From NCBI RefSeq assembly GCF_000150275.1, contig NW_002060946.1, positions 7,049,855 to 7,113,854 on the forward strand: a stretch of DNA of 64,000 nt. Direction: 5' to 3'. The position numbers and the translations under genes were made by a program. The notes below the pieces were generated by a model. That model saw only the letters and a list, made by a program, of their open reading frames with translations. It made no database searches and was not told the DNA's origin. Positions 44,901 to 58,500 of the stretch are shown piece by piece; the stretch's first letter is position 1, and each line of letters begins with the position of its first letter. The stretch is from Trichoplax adhaerens (Eukaryota > Animalia > Placozoa).

Positions 44901-47900
44901 TTGGTAAATGTACGCGAGCCGTAATTTTGTATTCCGTAGCATAACCCTCCAAAGAATTCGTAGCCAGATGGACAGGTCGGCACACTTACAGCTAAAGAGG
45001 TTTAAAAAATAGAATTTAAACTAGTTCATATAAAAGTCATCATGATTTACCAATGTCAGCTGAATGATAGGTAATCGATCAAGTGATACCATACTATGCT
45101 ATATCGAAATTCATGATTCATTTTTGTATTGAGAGATCATTGCTATGAATATAAATCATGTCTAAATAACTAGGTATGGATCCTAATTGGCTTAACAGCT
45201 GCAATATTTAAAAGTGATGTAAACTTTGATTGGAACAAACTCAAATTATGAGGAGGCAGCGATGCAATCACTAAGAGACCTGCAGAATAAAGCAAAAGCA
45301 GACTAGAAAATTAAAATAATGAACCATAAATATTTATAGTCCAACCATATAAATAGCTAAGAACCTTCTTGAATTCTAACTGGGGTAATAAATTAATTAA
45401 CTCTAGTTACTTTATTGGCAACAGCAATATATTGGGCTACTACTATTATTAAAATGTATCTTAGCCGCTATTAACGAAATATGATAGCATTCTACCCAAA
45501 CTGTCTAATTTGACTCGCAATACTTAATCATAGATAACTATTAATAAATAATACAAGCCATCGTGTGTACTGTTAAATAATTTTTATTCTGTACGAATAC
45601 GGAGAATTTCCTGCGCCATCTACTTTGAATGGTACTAGCAAACTATGAAAAGCATAAATTGCATAAGGCCGCAGTTGCTGCTGTTTTTAACAAAAAAATT
45701 TAATTCTTTACGGCAATGGATAAAATCAATCTGCATAGCCTTCATGCGATTACAATAATCGGATATAATGCTTATTCAGATGACAAAATGTATCTATAAA
45801 TGTGATAGTAAAAGAAGTAGTCATTCCTATCAATATACCTGCACGCGTTGAATAGCTTGACCATTTTGCTATACATATTGCTAAAAACTAAATTTAAATC
45901 AAATAAACACCAAATTAATACAAGTCAATTTACACTATCATTAAATGAGATACTCCATATTAGTATACAGTACAGCTGCTATGGCAATTCTTTCTACGAA
46001 ATTTTAAAAGGACAAAGGTCATAAATTGATAGTCTTAAAAATTGTGGATTAAGTCTTAATGATTTTTTCATGTTATGAAAGCTAAATAGGGCTAATCCTC
46101 TATCTTGAAACATGAGAAGCGTAAAATATAAGATATCAACTTGTTATCAGAACCACCTTGAAAGAATTATTTTCTAATACATTTTATCGTGTTTATACAT
46201 AGATCTTTTTCAATAATAAAGAGTGAGCAAAGTTTTAAATAGGTTCAAATAAAACGCATTTAATTTACAAGGTGTGATAACTTAAAAAGGCACTAATGAA
46301 ACCTTGCCCTTCTTCCGTTCAGACGATTGTCTCGGACAATTTATAAAATTGTTCTTTAATTTCTATATCAGATAGGTATAACTTTTGACTTCCTTATGTT
46401 ATTAATGTTGCCAACAGGCGGAATCTTAATAAAAGGATAATATTAATTTCAGCAACAACTAATATATAATACTGGTACTTTTTCGAAACATTTCTACTTT
46501 AAAGCAAGGTAGATTTGCTAGAAATCTCCAGGTAAGTGTTTTTTCTTTAACCTTTTCTATGCACTCACATACTGCAAATTGCATATCTAAGAGACTGTGC
46601 CTCTATAGTCAAACAGAATAAGTTAGAGTTGTAGTGAGCTTATAATATAGAAACTGAATCAAGGCACAATACGCATGTTTTTATGTATGTTTTATGTATG
46701 TTTTATGTATATTGGCTATTACAATCCTGGATTGATACTAATGACTGAATACAGTATTTAAGGACAAGTTTTTACTGGTAATGTGACAAGAGTGCTCATA
46801 TACAGAAGAAATAAGTACATCAAATTAAACCAAGTTTAGCCGTAGTAAACTAGTTCACCTCTGAATTTATGTCTATAATCTCTATCAAAATCTGTAAGTT
46901 GAAATTATCATTCAATTTATCCATTAAATTAATACCATTAAAATAGAATAAATTTGAACAATAGCAATCTTACATGCAAGCATATCCTTTTGAAGATATT
47001 ACCAAACACCCTATTATTATTTAATCAGTCAGTAGATTAATTAACTTTACTAGATAACTGTATCCAAGGAAATATTTTTTAGAGTAATAATGGATGAAGT
47101 TTGAAATTTCGTAAGCAAGCGTAGCCTTAACACTTAGTAAAGTTAATGCTATTTAGAGTAAATGAATCAATTACCATTGGGGTTCTTACGTGCATTGTAA
47201 ATTAATTGTGATATTCAACAATGCAAGAGACAGCTTTCGAAATTTGAGTGAAAACTATTAAGCAGTATAACATAGCAACGAAATAGTGATGAAATGAATA
47301 TTTGACCTGCTATCATTTACTCAGTCATTACAAAATCCTGCCACGGTGATTCGGTTGGACTAAAATAGATTTATTTCTGTATTACTTTCATTCTCTCACA
47401 TATGTCGAGGATGTAACTTACTTATTATAGCCAAAAGATAATTTTTCATCGACACCTTTTAGTTGCTGTTATTCCTATTTTGGCAATTTTATTTCGTGCA
47501 ATAAATTATTACACTAGCTCATCATGTAAAATATATAGTCCATTATATGCGGCAATACTGAAATACTTTCAACAACAACATCTCTATAAGCTATCTTACT
47601 AGGCAAACTTGTGTTGTAACAATATGATATTTTAATGCCGTCGACTTTACAGTATTTATGATCTAGTAGTTAATTTATTCAGTTATTTATAGAGCTTTAG
47701 GAGACATAGATGGTGCATTTATTATTTAATAATCACGATACAACCGAAATTGAAAGGGGTTACTTTAGTATGCTAGCCATATGGATAAGAGAAAATTTGA
47801 AGTGAAAATTAAAGGATTCTAATTAAAATGAGGTATTCATATCGAACTTGAAATTAGGAAAAAACGCCTCATCTAAGATAGTCAATCTAAAAAATAATTT

Positions 47901-48381
47901 TAGGGCTGGAAGTAAACTATGAAATTTCTATACATGTGTATAAGTAACTTCCTTCGTGTATATGGCAGTACGTACGATTACAATGCTATAGTATATTCTC
48001 TAACAATAGCGGCCGATATACAGCATTTTAGTATATCAAGTATTCTTTACTATCATTCTTAAAACCGCTACAAATTGAACATATAAGAATTGATAATTTG
48101 GAAATATACTAAGTAGGACAAGCTTTAATTTATTGGGGATATCCGTTTAAAATTAATTGTCTCGATAAATGCTAACTTTAGAGTTCATAGACTACAGTTG
48201 ATGATCAACCTCGGGTAGCAATAATTATTATGGAATCGATCATATCAGCAATTCTTATGGGCGATTTTCGCAATACGAATACACTATAAAAAACGAGCAA
48301 TAGTTGTTTTTTCATTTTATTTCGACTTACCAATACCATGCAGCGTTGAATTTGCCAGGAAAAGCGATATACTAAGACCAT
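29921..48381 (-). CDS. Adhesion GPCR paralogue B (same architecture, longer stalk with 15-aa repeats), spliced, ~1272 aa
   Basis: Exons: 48331-48381, 45839-45887, 44587-44991 (CTLD), 41365-42724 (S/T), 41122-41197, 40859-41044, 39401-39469, 38221-38329, 37830-37967, 36532-36613, 36286-36400, 36116-36180, 35896-36013 ([16 protein letters not shown]), 35395-35498, 34802-34907, 34416-34566, 34232-34298, 32704-32770, 31562-31659, 31281-31407, 31084-31125, 30853-30945, 30593-30668, 30083-30114, 29921-29953. Exon sizes and phases match gene A; total is a multiple of 3. Confidence 0.88.
31745..32303 (-). mobile_element. Probable solo LTR, family 1a (559 bp), in gene B intron, sense to host gene
   Basis: Reverse complement of the 24506 element; flanks ATCAA/ATCAG (1 mismatch); absent from the matching gene A intron. 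Confidence 0.83.
32966..33563 (+). mobile_element. Probable solo LTR, family 1b (598 bp), in gene B intron
   Basis: TGTAAAGTAAC...ATATTACA; flanks CCACT/CTACT; internal ~35 bp tandem duplication near 33383-33452; absent from gene A. Confidence 0.8.
36736..37304 (+). mobile_element. Probable solo LTR, family 2 (569 bp), in gene B intron
   Basis: TGTCAC...GTGACA inverted termini; perfect TSD GCTCT; empty site with single GCTCT at 9933-9937 in gene A. Confidence 0.82.
41365..42724 (-). CDS. Ser/Thr-rich mucin-like stalk exon of gene B
   Basis: 1360 nt open frame homologous to the gene A stalk plus six 45-bp repeats. Confidence 0.88.
42435..42704 (-). repeat. Coding minisatellite, 6 x 45 bp (15-aa unit PTPxLTEIY[TL/PS][T/I]SDS)
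   Basis: Units: PTPTLTETYTLTSDS, PTPILREIYTLTSDS, STPTLTEIYPSISDS, PTPALTEIYTLTSDS, SIPILTEIYPSISDS, PTPALTEIYTLTSDS. Confidence 0.95.
43769..44318 (+). mobile_element. Probable solo LTR, family 5 (550 bp), in gene B intron
   Basis: TGTCA...TGACA; flanks AATAT/ACTAT; interrupts sequence that is contiguous in gene A (~15995). Confidence 0.68.
44587..44991 (-). CDS. C-type lectin domain exon of gene B
   Basis: Close paralogue of the gene A CTLD exon; 405 nt; EPN motif present. Confidence 0.92.
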
Positions 48382-51300
48382 GGTTCAATCGAAATCGCTC
48401 GGAGATACAACAACTTAAAATATTTGGTAAGCTGAGAGATAAAATTATTCTACTAACAGTTTGCAATAACTGTAAAACTGTTTTCCCTGACGGTATCCCT
48501 GCTATTCTTAAATAGTGAAGGAAAAATCAATGATAAAACAGTTGCCTATTGTTAAGCGATAACGGTGAATCATTCATTCATTCATTTAATACCATTCGAT
48601 TGCTTTACTAATGTACGTGCTTAAAATTTTATCTTACATTCAACTCATGAAATAATCCATTAATTAAATATCCTTATTCCCTTTACACTTTATGTTTACG
48701 TATGTCATTTATAAATGGTCACATTCAATTATTGTCGATTGACCTATTTGATATTTCAAGACATTCAAAATTTGTTTATTTAATGCAGTCGGCATATTTT
48801 TTGTATGTAACAGTTGCTTTATAATACTATATCATAGTCGCTAGAAATGATTTTATTTTTAACGTTATAATATTGTAATTTTGAGAAATGGATCGAATAT
48901 TGAAATTAGTTCCGGTTTGTGACAATGGTAAACAGAATATTTTCCATGAGTTTGCAAGTTGACCGGTGGCATATGAAATACTTAGTATTGAAATCCGTAT
49001 AAAATCTTATTATCATCATTTACACCCTTATAATATTGATTAATGAGTTAAGAATGGCATCATAGAGCAGTTATACTGTAAATTATCATAGTAAAAATTG
49101 ATTTAAATGCGATGTAAGTGATTCAGCAATTATACAAATATTATCAAACAAGCCAGATGATCTTAGCTTGATAGATAATTAGAAATTTAAAAAAATGGAC
49201 TTTAAAGCTAATTAGGACCATTGGTCTATGTATCCACCTTTGCCTTTATCATATGTCAGCTGCATATTTCTTGCTAGTACTGTATACTTCAAATATACTA
49301 TCATTTTCTGCATATCATCTAAATGATGTGTGTTCTAGATATCAACAAGCTAACCAATCAAAATATTCATGGCAGATTAGCGTTATACATCAGCCCCATA
49401 AAATATCCAATTAGAATATTTAGCTTACGCTGCTTTAGCGCTTTATTAATAAAATATGATCACATTCCAAACGAAACCGATAAACGTTATTATCAATATT
49501 AGGACAACTAAAATTAATAATTCAATAAACTATTTTAGAACAGTACAAACAATGTTATTTTATAATATCAACGTCACTATATACGGTAATAAAATCTCAT
49601 CGTCATACGTAGATTAAATAGCTATACTAAATATTTAATCTAAACTATGTATTATTAAAATCAATACGGCTTTAAAGATTGAATAGTCACAGCAAATGAA
49701 TACCATAAAAAAGAGTATTGCAATATTTATTAGGCAAGGGTGATATTTCAGCTAGATACAGTACTGTAATATTGTTTCAATTGTATAGTGTATAAATTCT
49801 AATTCATTAATTTCAGTTATTGCGTAGAACATTGGTACAAGTCTCCCACTATGAACGTAACATAATATTAACTGAAAATTATCCATCTTCACGTAAATAT
49901 AATTATTTTTTATTATCTCAAATATATTATCTCATAATTGAAAGGGATCTATTTTTTACATTTATTATAACAATACTTCGTTAATTTTAAATTTTTATAG
50001 AAGTTAATTATTTTAGGTAGATCATAGTTCACATTGATCTCTAAATAATTTTACCTAGATGATATTTACATTGAGTCTATTTTTGATATCTTGTTAATTA
50101 TTTAGAATATACGATATACCTTGATAACCTCTATCTCAATATCCACCCGTATTATAGTCAAATAGAAGCTATCTCCGATTTTAAGGCGGATCTTTAATGT
50201 CGAGGCCAATATTGCCCATTGCACTTAATCGCTGTAGTATTATCAGCTCAAGTTTGTTTATAAATATTTTACAATAATGATTAAAGCAATTATTCAATTT
50301 ATTCCGATACCTTTTTATTGTCCAATAAAGTTAACTGCTACTGTTTCGATAAATAAAAAGGCTGACTACTCGTCATAGCAACTTAAAGAGGAATTTTAAG
50401 ATTGAGAATCCAGATATTATATCAGTAATATAGATTATCGTTGCATAAAACATAGGTAGTTAAATATGAATCAATCTTCAGAATAACTGAATTAACTAAT
50501 TCATAAGAAAGCCATGAAAATTAGCTTGAAAGTCATCTTAAACGTTGTAGTTATTTTTAGCAACTTCTTTTTATGAAATCTTTCATCCAAAACTTATTAC
50601 GTACGAATTAAATGGCATAAAATTAGCCATTATTAAAGCTAAATTTAAGATGGCCTTATACCACACTTAAATATGTCTACAACTTGAAAAGCATTTGAAT
50701 TCATAGACATGCTAAATTTAGTTGACGCTAACTAATTAACAATAATACATAGAGTAGTGCGAACATAGATCCTTACTAGTAAACTATCTAACGTATTATC
50801 GATAGTTAATGTACGGTAATAATTATCTACTGAAAAACTTTTACAAAATAACAAGGATATAAAAGTATCAAATAAGGCATTCTAACATTTATGTTATAGA
50901 CTAACTCACTCGGACAATACTACAGTAGTAATTGTTTCCTCTCGATATGATTTTGCCAAAAACCACGGTTTCAGAAACTATTTCGGCTTGTTTAATAGTT
51001 CTAATAGTTGTATTGCTCACATTTCAGAAGAATTACTAACTGATCTCTAGCAAAAGAAATTAAGACAATGGCTGAACGAAACGCTAATTCTAAAGCTAGA
51101 GGCATCATGGTTGTGAATTACATCATGTGAGCTTTGAGATGTAACTTCTACGGTTATATTTCGGCTTTAATTATATTTTATTTCTTTGATACTGCTTATT
51201 TAGAACAAAAACAAAATATTTCCAATAAATTTACTGCTGCAAATGCATAATAATAATCCCATAACAAAATAAATTATTGATGGATTTAGCTTGTCATTGC

Positions 51301-52579
51301 GGCTTAGCTAACGGAGATTATCAACTTTCGGCATCTTTAGAAGCTATATTTCGAACGCATATTATTACTGCATATCTGATTTCTAATCCATTTGATTTGC
51401 GCGTCATAATTCCTTAGTGAACTTTTGCACAAAATCTTGAGTGCGTGTAATGTGGTCGAAATTAGACTTTTATTCCCTTGGAAATGATATTTAATCTACG
51501 TATATAATACTTAAATTCCACAAAATTTTTTTCGTATTACGTAAAATGTCAGTTTAATATCAATAAATGACAGTTCAGAACTAATCAATAAGTCCTTCTA
51601 TTTACACACTGAGTCATATTGATGTGTTTTAATTAATTAACGGCTTTAATGGAGCTTTTTCAGTATCTAATGAGAGTAACATCTTATAATTACTCATCAG
51701 AGTGAAATTAATCACATTACTTTAATTATTTCTATTTTCCCATTAATAAATAGGAATGCCTTCATTCTGATAATTTATTATCATATTGCAAAATTAAATA
51801 AGTTATGGTTTTCCGTAAACTATTGAAATTTTTCGTTTGTTTGCATGTTTAATGATCGCTATAGTCAGTACTGCAGTGAAACTTATTATCGATACATTCC
51901 AATTTTTAACACGAAGCAATTTCTTGAAAGAGTTTACTCTTTAGACATCTAACATGCAACATGTATTACTTATATATATACTTTACTATACGAAAGGGAA
52001 ATTGCTACCGAAAAAGCTGCGAACTTCAGTGGTAAGGGAAAAAATGTATGTTAATTATTATTTCATAGTTTATATTATTTTCCTAGGCGTTTGCATTTCA
52101 TTATCGTATAATTGTTTAGTATAAGATGAATTCATATAAATGATTGAAGGTACAATAAATTTTAATAGTTGAATTTTGCTATTCAGTTGTGCTTTCACAT
52201 CAATGATTATAAATATGGTTACGTTTATAATGCGTAATAATCACAATATCATACTTGAGGACTGACAATGGGTAACTGTAAAGAGTATCATGACACGCTT
52301 CTAATTCATCTAGGCGAAACCCTTAATTGCATGAATATCTTTCTTCTTATTTCATGATAAAATATAAATCCTCTCACACGATGATTAATCCGGCTGTATT
52401 AGTTTGTGGTAGAATTTGAGATCTGTTGATTCTACAATGTTTAGAGAAGTTTAAATCATTATATGAATGCAGAAATGGCGTTACAGCACTATATCAAAAT
52501 AGATTAATATCAGTATTTACTACTACTGGATTTACATTGTTATATTACCAAGCTTAAAACATATTTTAAACTTAGGATT

Positions 52580-55500
52580 CTACATGTAAGTTGAAGATTC
52601 CACTGCTGATGTAAATTGAATAACTTCCACCTCATTAAAAATCTAGAATGTTTTTACTTCTTGATTTAAATGGATCATGTATGCACTACTTAGCCATTTT
52701 TTTTAATTTTGACAGTCTGAATCTAATCCGAATTATTGAGCAATATAAAGAGTCTATATTCAAAAATAGTTTAATGATACTTATGCAATAATTTATTGAA
52801 ATCTTACCGAAAAAACTCGTGATATTTGAACATCATCATCTGCAATATAGGAAAGAAGTAAAGTAATTTAATGATACGAGACCTTAAACATTAATAGGCA
52901 TACCGTATTTAAACTCAGATATAATAAAGTATCCTAAAATTATATGAAACAAAAACTGGAAAGTGATCTCACATTCAGAATTACTGCAAAGAGGGGTATA
53001 ATTTACACTATCTATATGAACGTATACACTTTGCAAATTTTCATCATTAATTGACAGTATTATTTGTATTACTTCTTTTCGATATAGCGGTGATCTAAAT
53101 GCCTGTAACGGTCTATCACTGTTGGCTATACCAATTTTAAGTCTATTTTCAAATCTTTAAATATCACTACATAACTCTAAAGGTGCGGCAATTAATAGTA
53201 AATAATATAATCTAATGTATTGCCTATATTATATCGATGCCAGAATGTCTTCGATCCTGAAAGCAACTAATCATACTGTAATACAGTTCAGAGAGGTTTT
53301 TCTTACCATGATACATTACGCCGTCAATATTAGTTACACTTTTATCTGATGACTTCTCTATTGAACTAATTCCTCGTTTATTACCTTTCTGTAAAGTTAA
53401 GCAAGATAAAAATGAACGCTGGTTATACCTTTCCTATTACATCCTAGTAAGAACTGATCATGCAGTAGTAAATCTCTTAGGTTATTAATTTACATGAAGT
53501 CCCTTCATAGTAGAAATGACGGCTTCAGAGCTTATCTTTCCTTTCGATAGCTTACTAGTTAATCCAAGCTTTCTTTTGAGCAAAATTCTCACCTATAAAA
53601 GAATAGGTATTTTAAATATCAAATTAAACAGAAGATAATAAAATAACGATTTAGCATCTACTAAAATGATTGATAATCATGAAATAGCTTGATCAATCCT
53701 AAGAAAATTTTTAATTTTATCCTTGTAACTGTTATATCGAAAATGAGCATCCCAAATACTTAGGATCACCATGCAGAAAATTAAAAATTTTATCGCTACT
53801 ATAGCTAAAGTGCTAAAGATGTTCATTAATAATGCCTGGGCCATGCAGATACCGAGTGTTTTAGTTTATGTCTTCTCATAGCCACTTATTAATCTACTTG
53901 ATATTATTTTTATATATAGCTAACGTGATATATATATATATATATTAATCTACCTCGGAGTTCCATAAACAGTGGCAAACGAAAAATAGCAAGCCCTGGA
54001 ATATACAAGAAAGAATGAATCGCCGATTGAAATATTGTACTTAAAATATAGATAATAAACAAAACGCGATTACAATTATCCATCCGGAATCAGCAAGCGT
54101 AAATGTCACTATTCACCTGTAATCCATTTAAGATGACAAAAATATAACTAAAAATGATAGACTGATCATTCGTAGACAAGATTCCAAATATCCATGTAAG
54201 ACCAAGGATAGGTAGTAATATCAGTAAAGCTTTTGAAATGGTCCTAGGCTCAAAAGTAAAACAATTAGAAATTTACGCTTATTCTCTGAATTTGCTCTTT
54301 TAATTACTTTCTTATTTCTCTCTTAATATTTATGAGTCTGTCATTTATAAATCTGAAAATTAATGATACATGCACAGGAATATGATTAATTTTAGCTATA
54401 AGTAAATTTAGAGATTTTTACGTATTTACTTTGCTTGCTTCTTAGTACTGCCTGTATCGTTTTGATGAATTTTAGCTTTATTGAATGTAACTTTGATTAT
54501 TAACACCATGACCACGAAGTTTACCTAGAAATAATGATTGTATCAAATTAATAATCAGTACTGGGAATAAATTAAAAAAAATTAATACTATTTCTATTAG
54601 TATTTATTCTACGGCCTACTTGACTGCTAGAAACGGTAAAAGGTGGCACTTACAGCTATAACAAATAGAGCTGGGCCAGTAAATGCCCAAATCATTCCAT
54701 TATTGAGGGATAACCAGCATCTTGATTAAAGCAAGAGATGGTTGAAATTATTATCAGTTCATTGCATATATATTTCAAAAAATTTCATCTTTATATACAG
54801 TAACAAATTAAAACAATCCAACTTTACTATTTCACTTACATTTGATTAAGCCCGTAGTATTTATGCCCTAAACCTACAGCTGTTCCTACAATTACTGCAG
54901 GAGCACCTGTAATAGCAAAATATACTCAAATATGCGTTGCATTTTGCTCACATTAGATATTAAAACCTTTTCTTATCAAATCATTATCGGTTATAATTTA
55001 TTAAATACCATTCCTTACCCCAGCCTAAGATATAATATAGTTTAAGCCTTGACTTTGTATTAAATACTGATATAATTTGAAAATATAAATGTAGTGCTTC
55101 CATTAACATCCATGAAAACATTGCTAGGAGGAAATAGTGCAAGCCAATAGCGACTACTTTACAGATTACCTATAAAATCAAAATAAATATTCATGAAGTA
55201 TAATTACTAGTCCCATCTTCTAAGCATATTGAAGTAGACCGATTTTATTGCAGTAAAGTATTGGTATTGAAATACATTTGATGTACTTTATTATAAAGTA
55301 AAGCAAGAATTAAAATATTTTTGAATAGTGCTAGATTGGAATGCAAGTAACTGCACCGCAAATTCTTCTTTAAATTTTAAAGCAATGGATATTACAATAA
55401 CTTCATTGATGCTACTACAGAACATTACGCATGAAATGATTACAATCTCTGAAACTGAAAGTAAACAGAAATATTGCAATCTTTGACTAATTTTTCGCTA

Positions 55501-58500
55501 TTTTTCATGCGCAGCAATATATTCGTATAATAGGAAATTTTCAATTTTTTACTAACCGGATTTTGTTTGACAAAATCCCATCCGCCTAATAGGATACCAA
55601 TCTGAGATATTAGCATCGTAAATGCTAGATTTGTATGAATTTGGAAGCGATCAGAACTAATTCTGAAATGAACAGAAAACAGACGAAAATTTTACAGCAG
55701 GGTTTGATAAATAATTAAGTTAAATAGGTCAACAATTAAATGTCGAAAACTTATTATTCTCCTATTAATTCTGTAGATCTAGTATTTCTTACAATCCTTA
55801 AAAAATCATGATACCATTACAGATATAAATATTCTATATCCTGTTGTTACAGTGTTAAATACTGTATTACAGTAGAAATAACTATGTTAGGATAATTCTG
55901 TTAGACTATCCTTATTTAGTTAACTTCTAATTTGGATATACTGTATTTTAATATAGCACTGACTTTTTATGACAGTGACACTTATACACATACTGAAATT
56001 ATAATAGTTATAATAGGGAATGCAAATCATCTGCTTACAGTTCGAATCATTGTGATTGTAATTTACTTATGATAGACTGTAAATTATCATGGAAATGTTC
56101 CGTGATAGGACATATCGTAATCTGACTATTCTGTATTAGTTATTACATGTCTATGTTCGTAAATACTGTTGTCTGCATTAAGAGAGCAGTAGCTAAAATT
56201 AATATCTAATTCAGTAAATGATTCTAATGTTAATTGTATTAACTATGACTCATGAACTATTGAGGAATAGTATATAAATGCAGTATATCGTGAAATAAAG
56301 AAGAATTGTCCAACTTAGTGTTTAACGTAAAATACGAGGCGTTTAAGTCTTTGTGTAGTCTGCTAGTAGAGCAAAAGTGCTCGTGATAGTGCAGATATCA
56401 TTCCTTGATACGTAGTTCAAGGAATTGACTTATTGATCGTAGATTACGTTATCTTGTTGCAAAGCTGTTTTGTGACACCTGTTTTCGATTATAAATGAGA
56501 GTAGATTTGCTTGGATCGTTCCGATTACTACTGCTGATGTTGTTCATGTGTGTTTTAGCTATTTTTATGGAGTCATTTTCTGTTGACTAAAGTTCATAAG
56601 GCAATTAATACTTAGATCTAGCAATTCTTAATTGCTTCGTACTAAATAATTGAACTGTGCTGTTTCGACCTTATTATATGCGAGGGGTGCTAAGTGTCTT
56701 TGGAAGAGATGTATTGAAAATAAGTTTTCTCAATTTTAAAATGAGTTTTTGGCTAATATCAGCTGGATCTTAATTTATAGCACTAAATGATTCGTATACG
56801 AGATCAAAAAAGGCTATCATATGATGTTTCTATCATTTTGCAAGTAATTGTAATTGTAAAAATTTTATAATAAACTGACAGAGAACTTACTGTATAAGAG
56901 AGAATATCATCATCGATACGATTAGCGAAGCAATCGAAATCCCACAACAGACATATGATAATAAATCGAGAATAACTTGATGCTGAGCTGAAATCTATGG
57001 TAAATTTAATATATATATTAGAAAATACGTTTAAACAATCCCGTACAAGCTTTGTAGCCTATCACAACTTTTATAAAAAATCTCTTAATAAGTAATTTTA
57101 ATATTAAAGTACCGTAATAATGCTATAGCTATTATTAGGCGTAGGTAGTGTATTCATTAATTCTAGCTTACTGAAAACTTATGGTAAATCATTTTACCAA
57201 TATTTTTAAGATTACAGTTTAGAAATTTGAAAGAAAACTAATACTATAAATCTCTTCTATCACTGACTACTTCTATAGTCTCATACTTTCGTAGTCATCA
57301 CTACAATCCGTATTGGTATGGTGCTTATAGCATAAAACATGACTCTCCAGGGCATTATCAATAAAATAACATTTATATCAAACAACATAAGTATAATTGG
57401 TCAAATTTAATCAAAACAGTGAAAATTTCATTTCTCTTACTGGAATGGACGAAACTCGCATTAATATAGCAAAATGGGTTAGATGACTGCATCGACATCG
57501 AGTATGAGTCTTATTCGTCATATCAACGCTGCATCCATGATTAGACCAATTACCAGTTTTTCCTCTAGATCCACATTTAAATGAATATGAGAAAATCATA
57601 AACCCGTAGCGATAATTGAGAATCTAGAACCTTAGATCTAGTCACATATGTGTAATGTAACTAGTATTATGATTGTAGACTATTAGCCATGTTTAGTATA
57701 ATGTACGGTAGATATTTATCCTAAGAGATATTTGGTAGCTATAACTATAGACTGTTGTGGTAGAGGCTCTATGCTAGAGTACAGATGACTATATATAGTA
57801 AGGTGTTGAGTTACTAATAAGGCTATCGGTAAAAATAGAACTGTAAATCATATATTAGGATATGGTTAATTCATTGTACTTTGGCTGGTGTGAATAATGT
57901 CTACAAAGTACTGTAGTCGTATCCATATCGGATTAATGATGGTCCGCAGTAGAACAGTCTTTCTAAGAATAATTTAACTATGTGTAATATAAGGTAAAAG
58001 GTTGCCATGCGGATTGTAGCTGCGAATGCTACGAAAAGTATAAAAGCATGCAACTTTATATTATTCTGTTAGTTCGTTGTAGAAGTCTTTAGTAGTAGTA
58101 TTCGGCTAGAGTAGAGCTGTATGTAATTAATCTTTGTATAAGATCCAATAAAGCCCTTATTTTTCTAAAATTTGGAATTTCGCGATCGCTATATATCACA
58201 ATATGTTATGAATGAATTACGACAGAAAGAGTTTAAACAAAGTACTAAATCTATTTAAATGCATACTCCGAATTTCCCACATTGAAATCCCAATATACGC
58301 AATCGGCTTGATAGTTGGAGTTGTAACTTGACTAATAGCAACATATTAGCATGAATTTATAGTTTAACGATCAAATTTCATAGGATAAACTGAATGTAAG
58401 AATCCGCAATTCTAATCAATAAAATCTTAGACTTACGTTATTATGAGTAACCCAAAAGACAAATTGATTTCTTTGACTTAATTGTGGCTTGGGACTTACG

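Larger units (their letters stand above)
1140..51640. repeat. Tandem segmental duplication: ~1140-25210 (gene A unit) vs ~26670-51640 (gene B unit)
   Basis: Non-coding anchors align collinearly, e.g. 1151 vs 26681 (gtaattct..tctacttatttaactgaa), 2367 vs 27420, 3177 vs 29337, 17760 vs 45720, 22640 vs 50150, 25160 vs 51590. Ends approximate. Confidence 0.85.
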
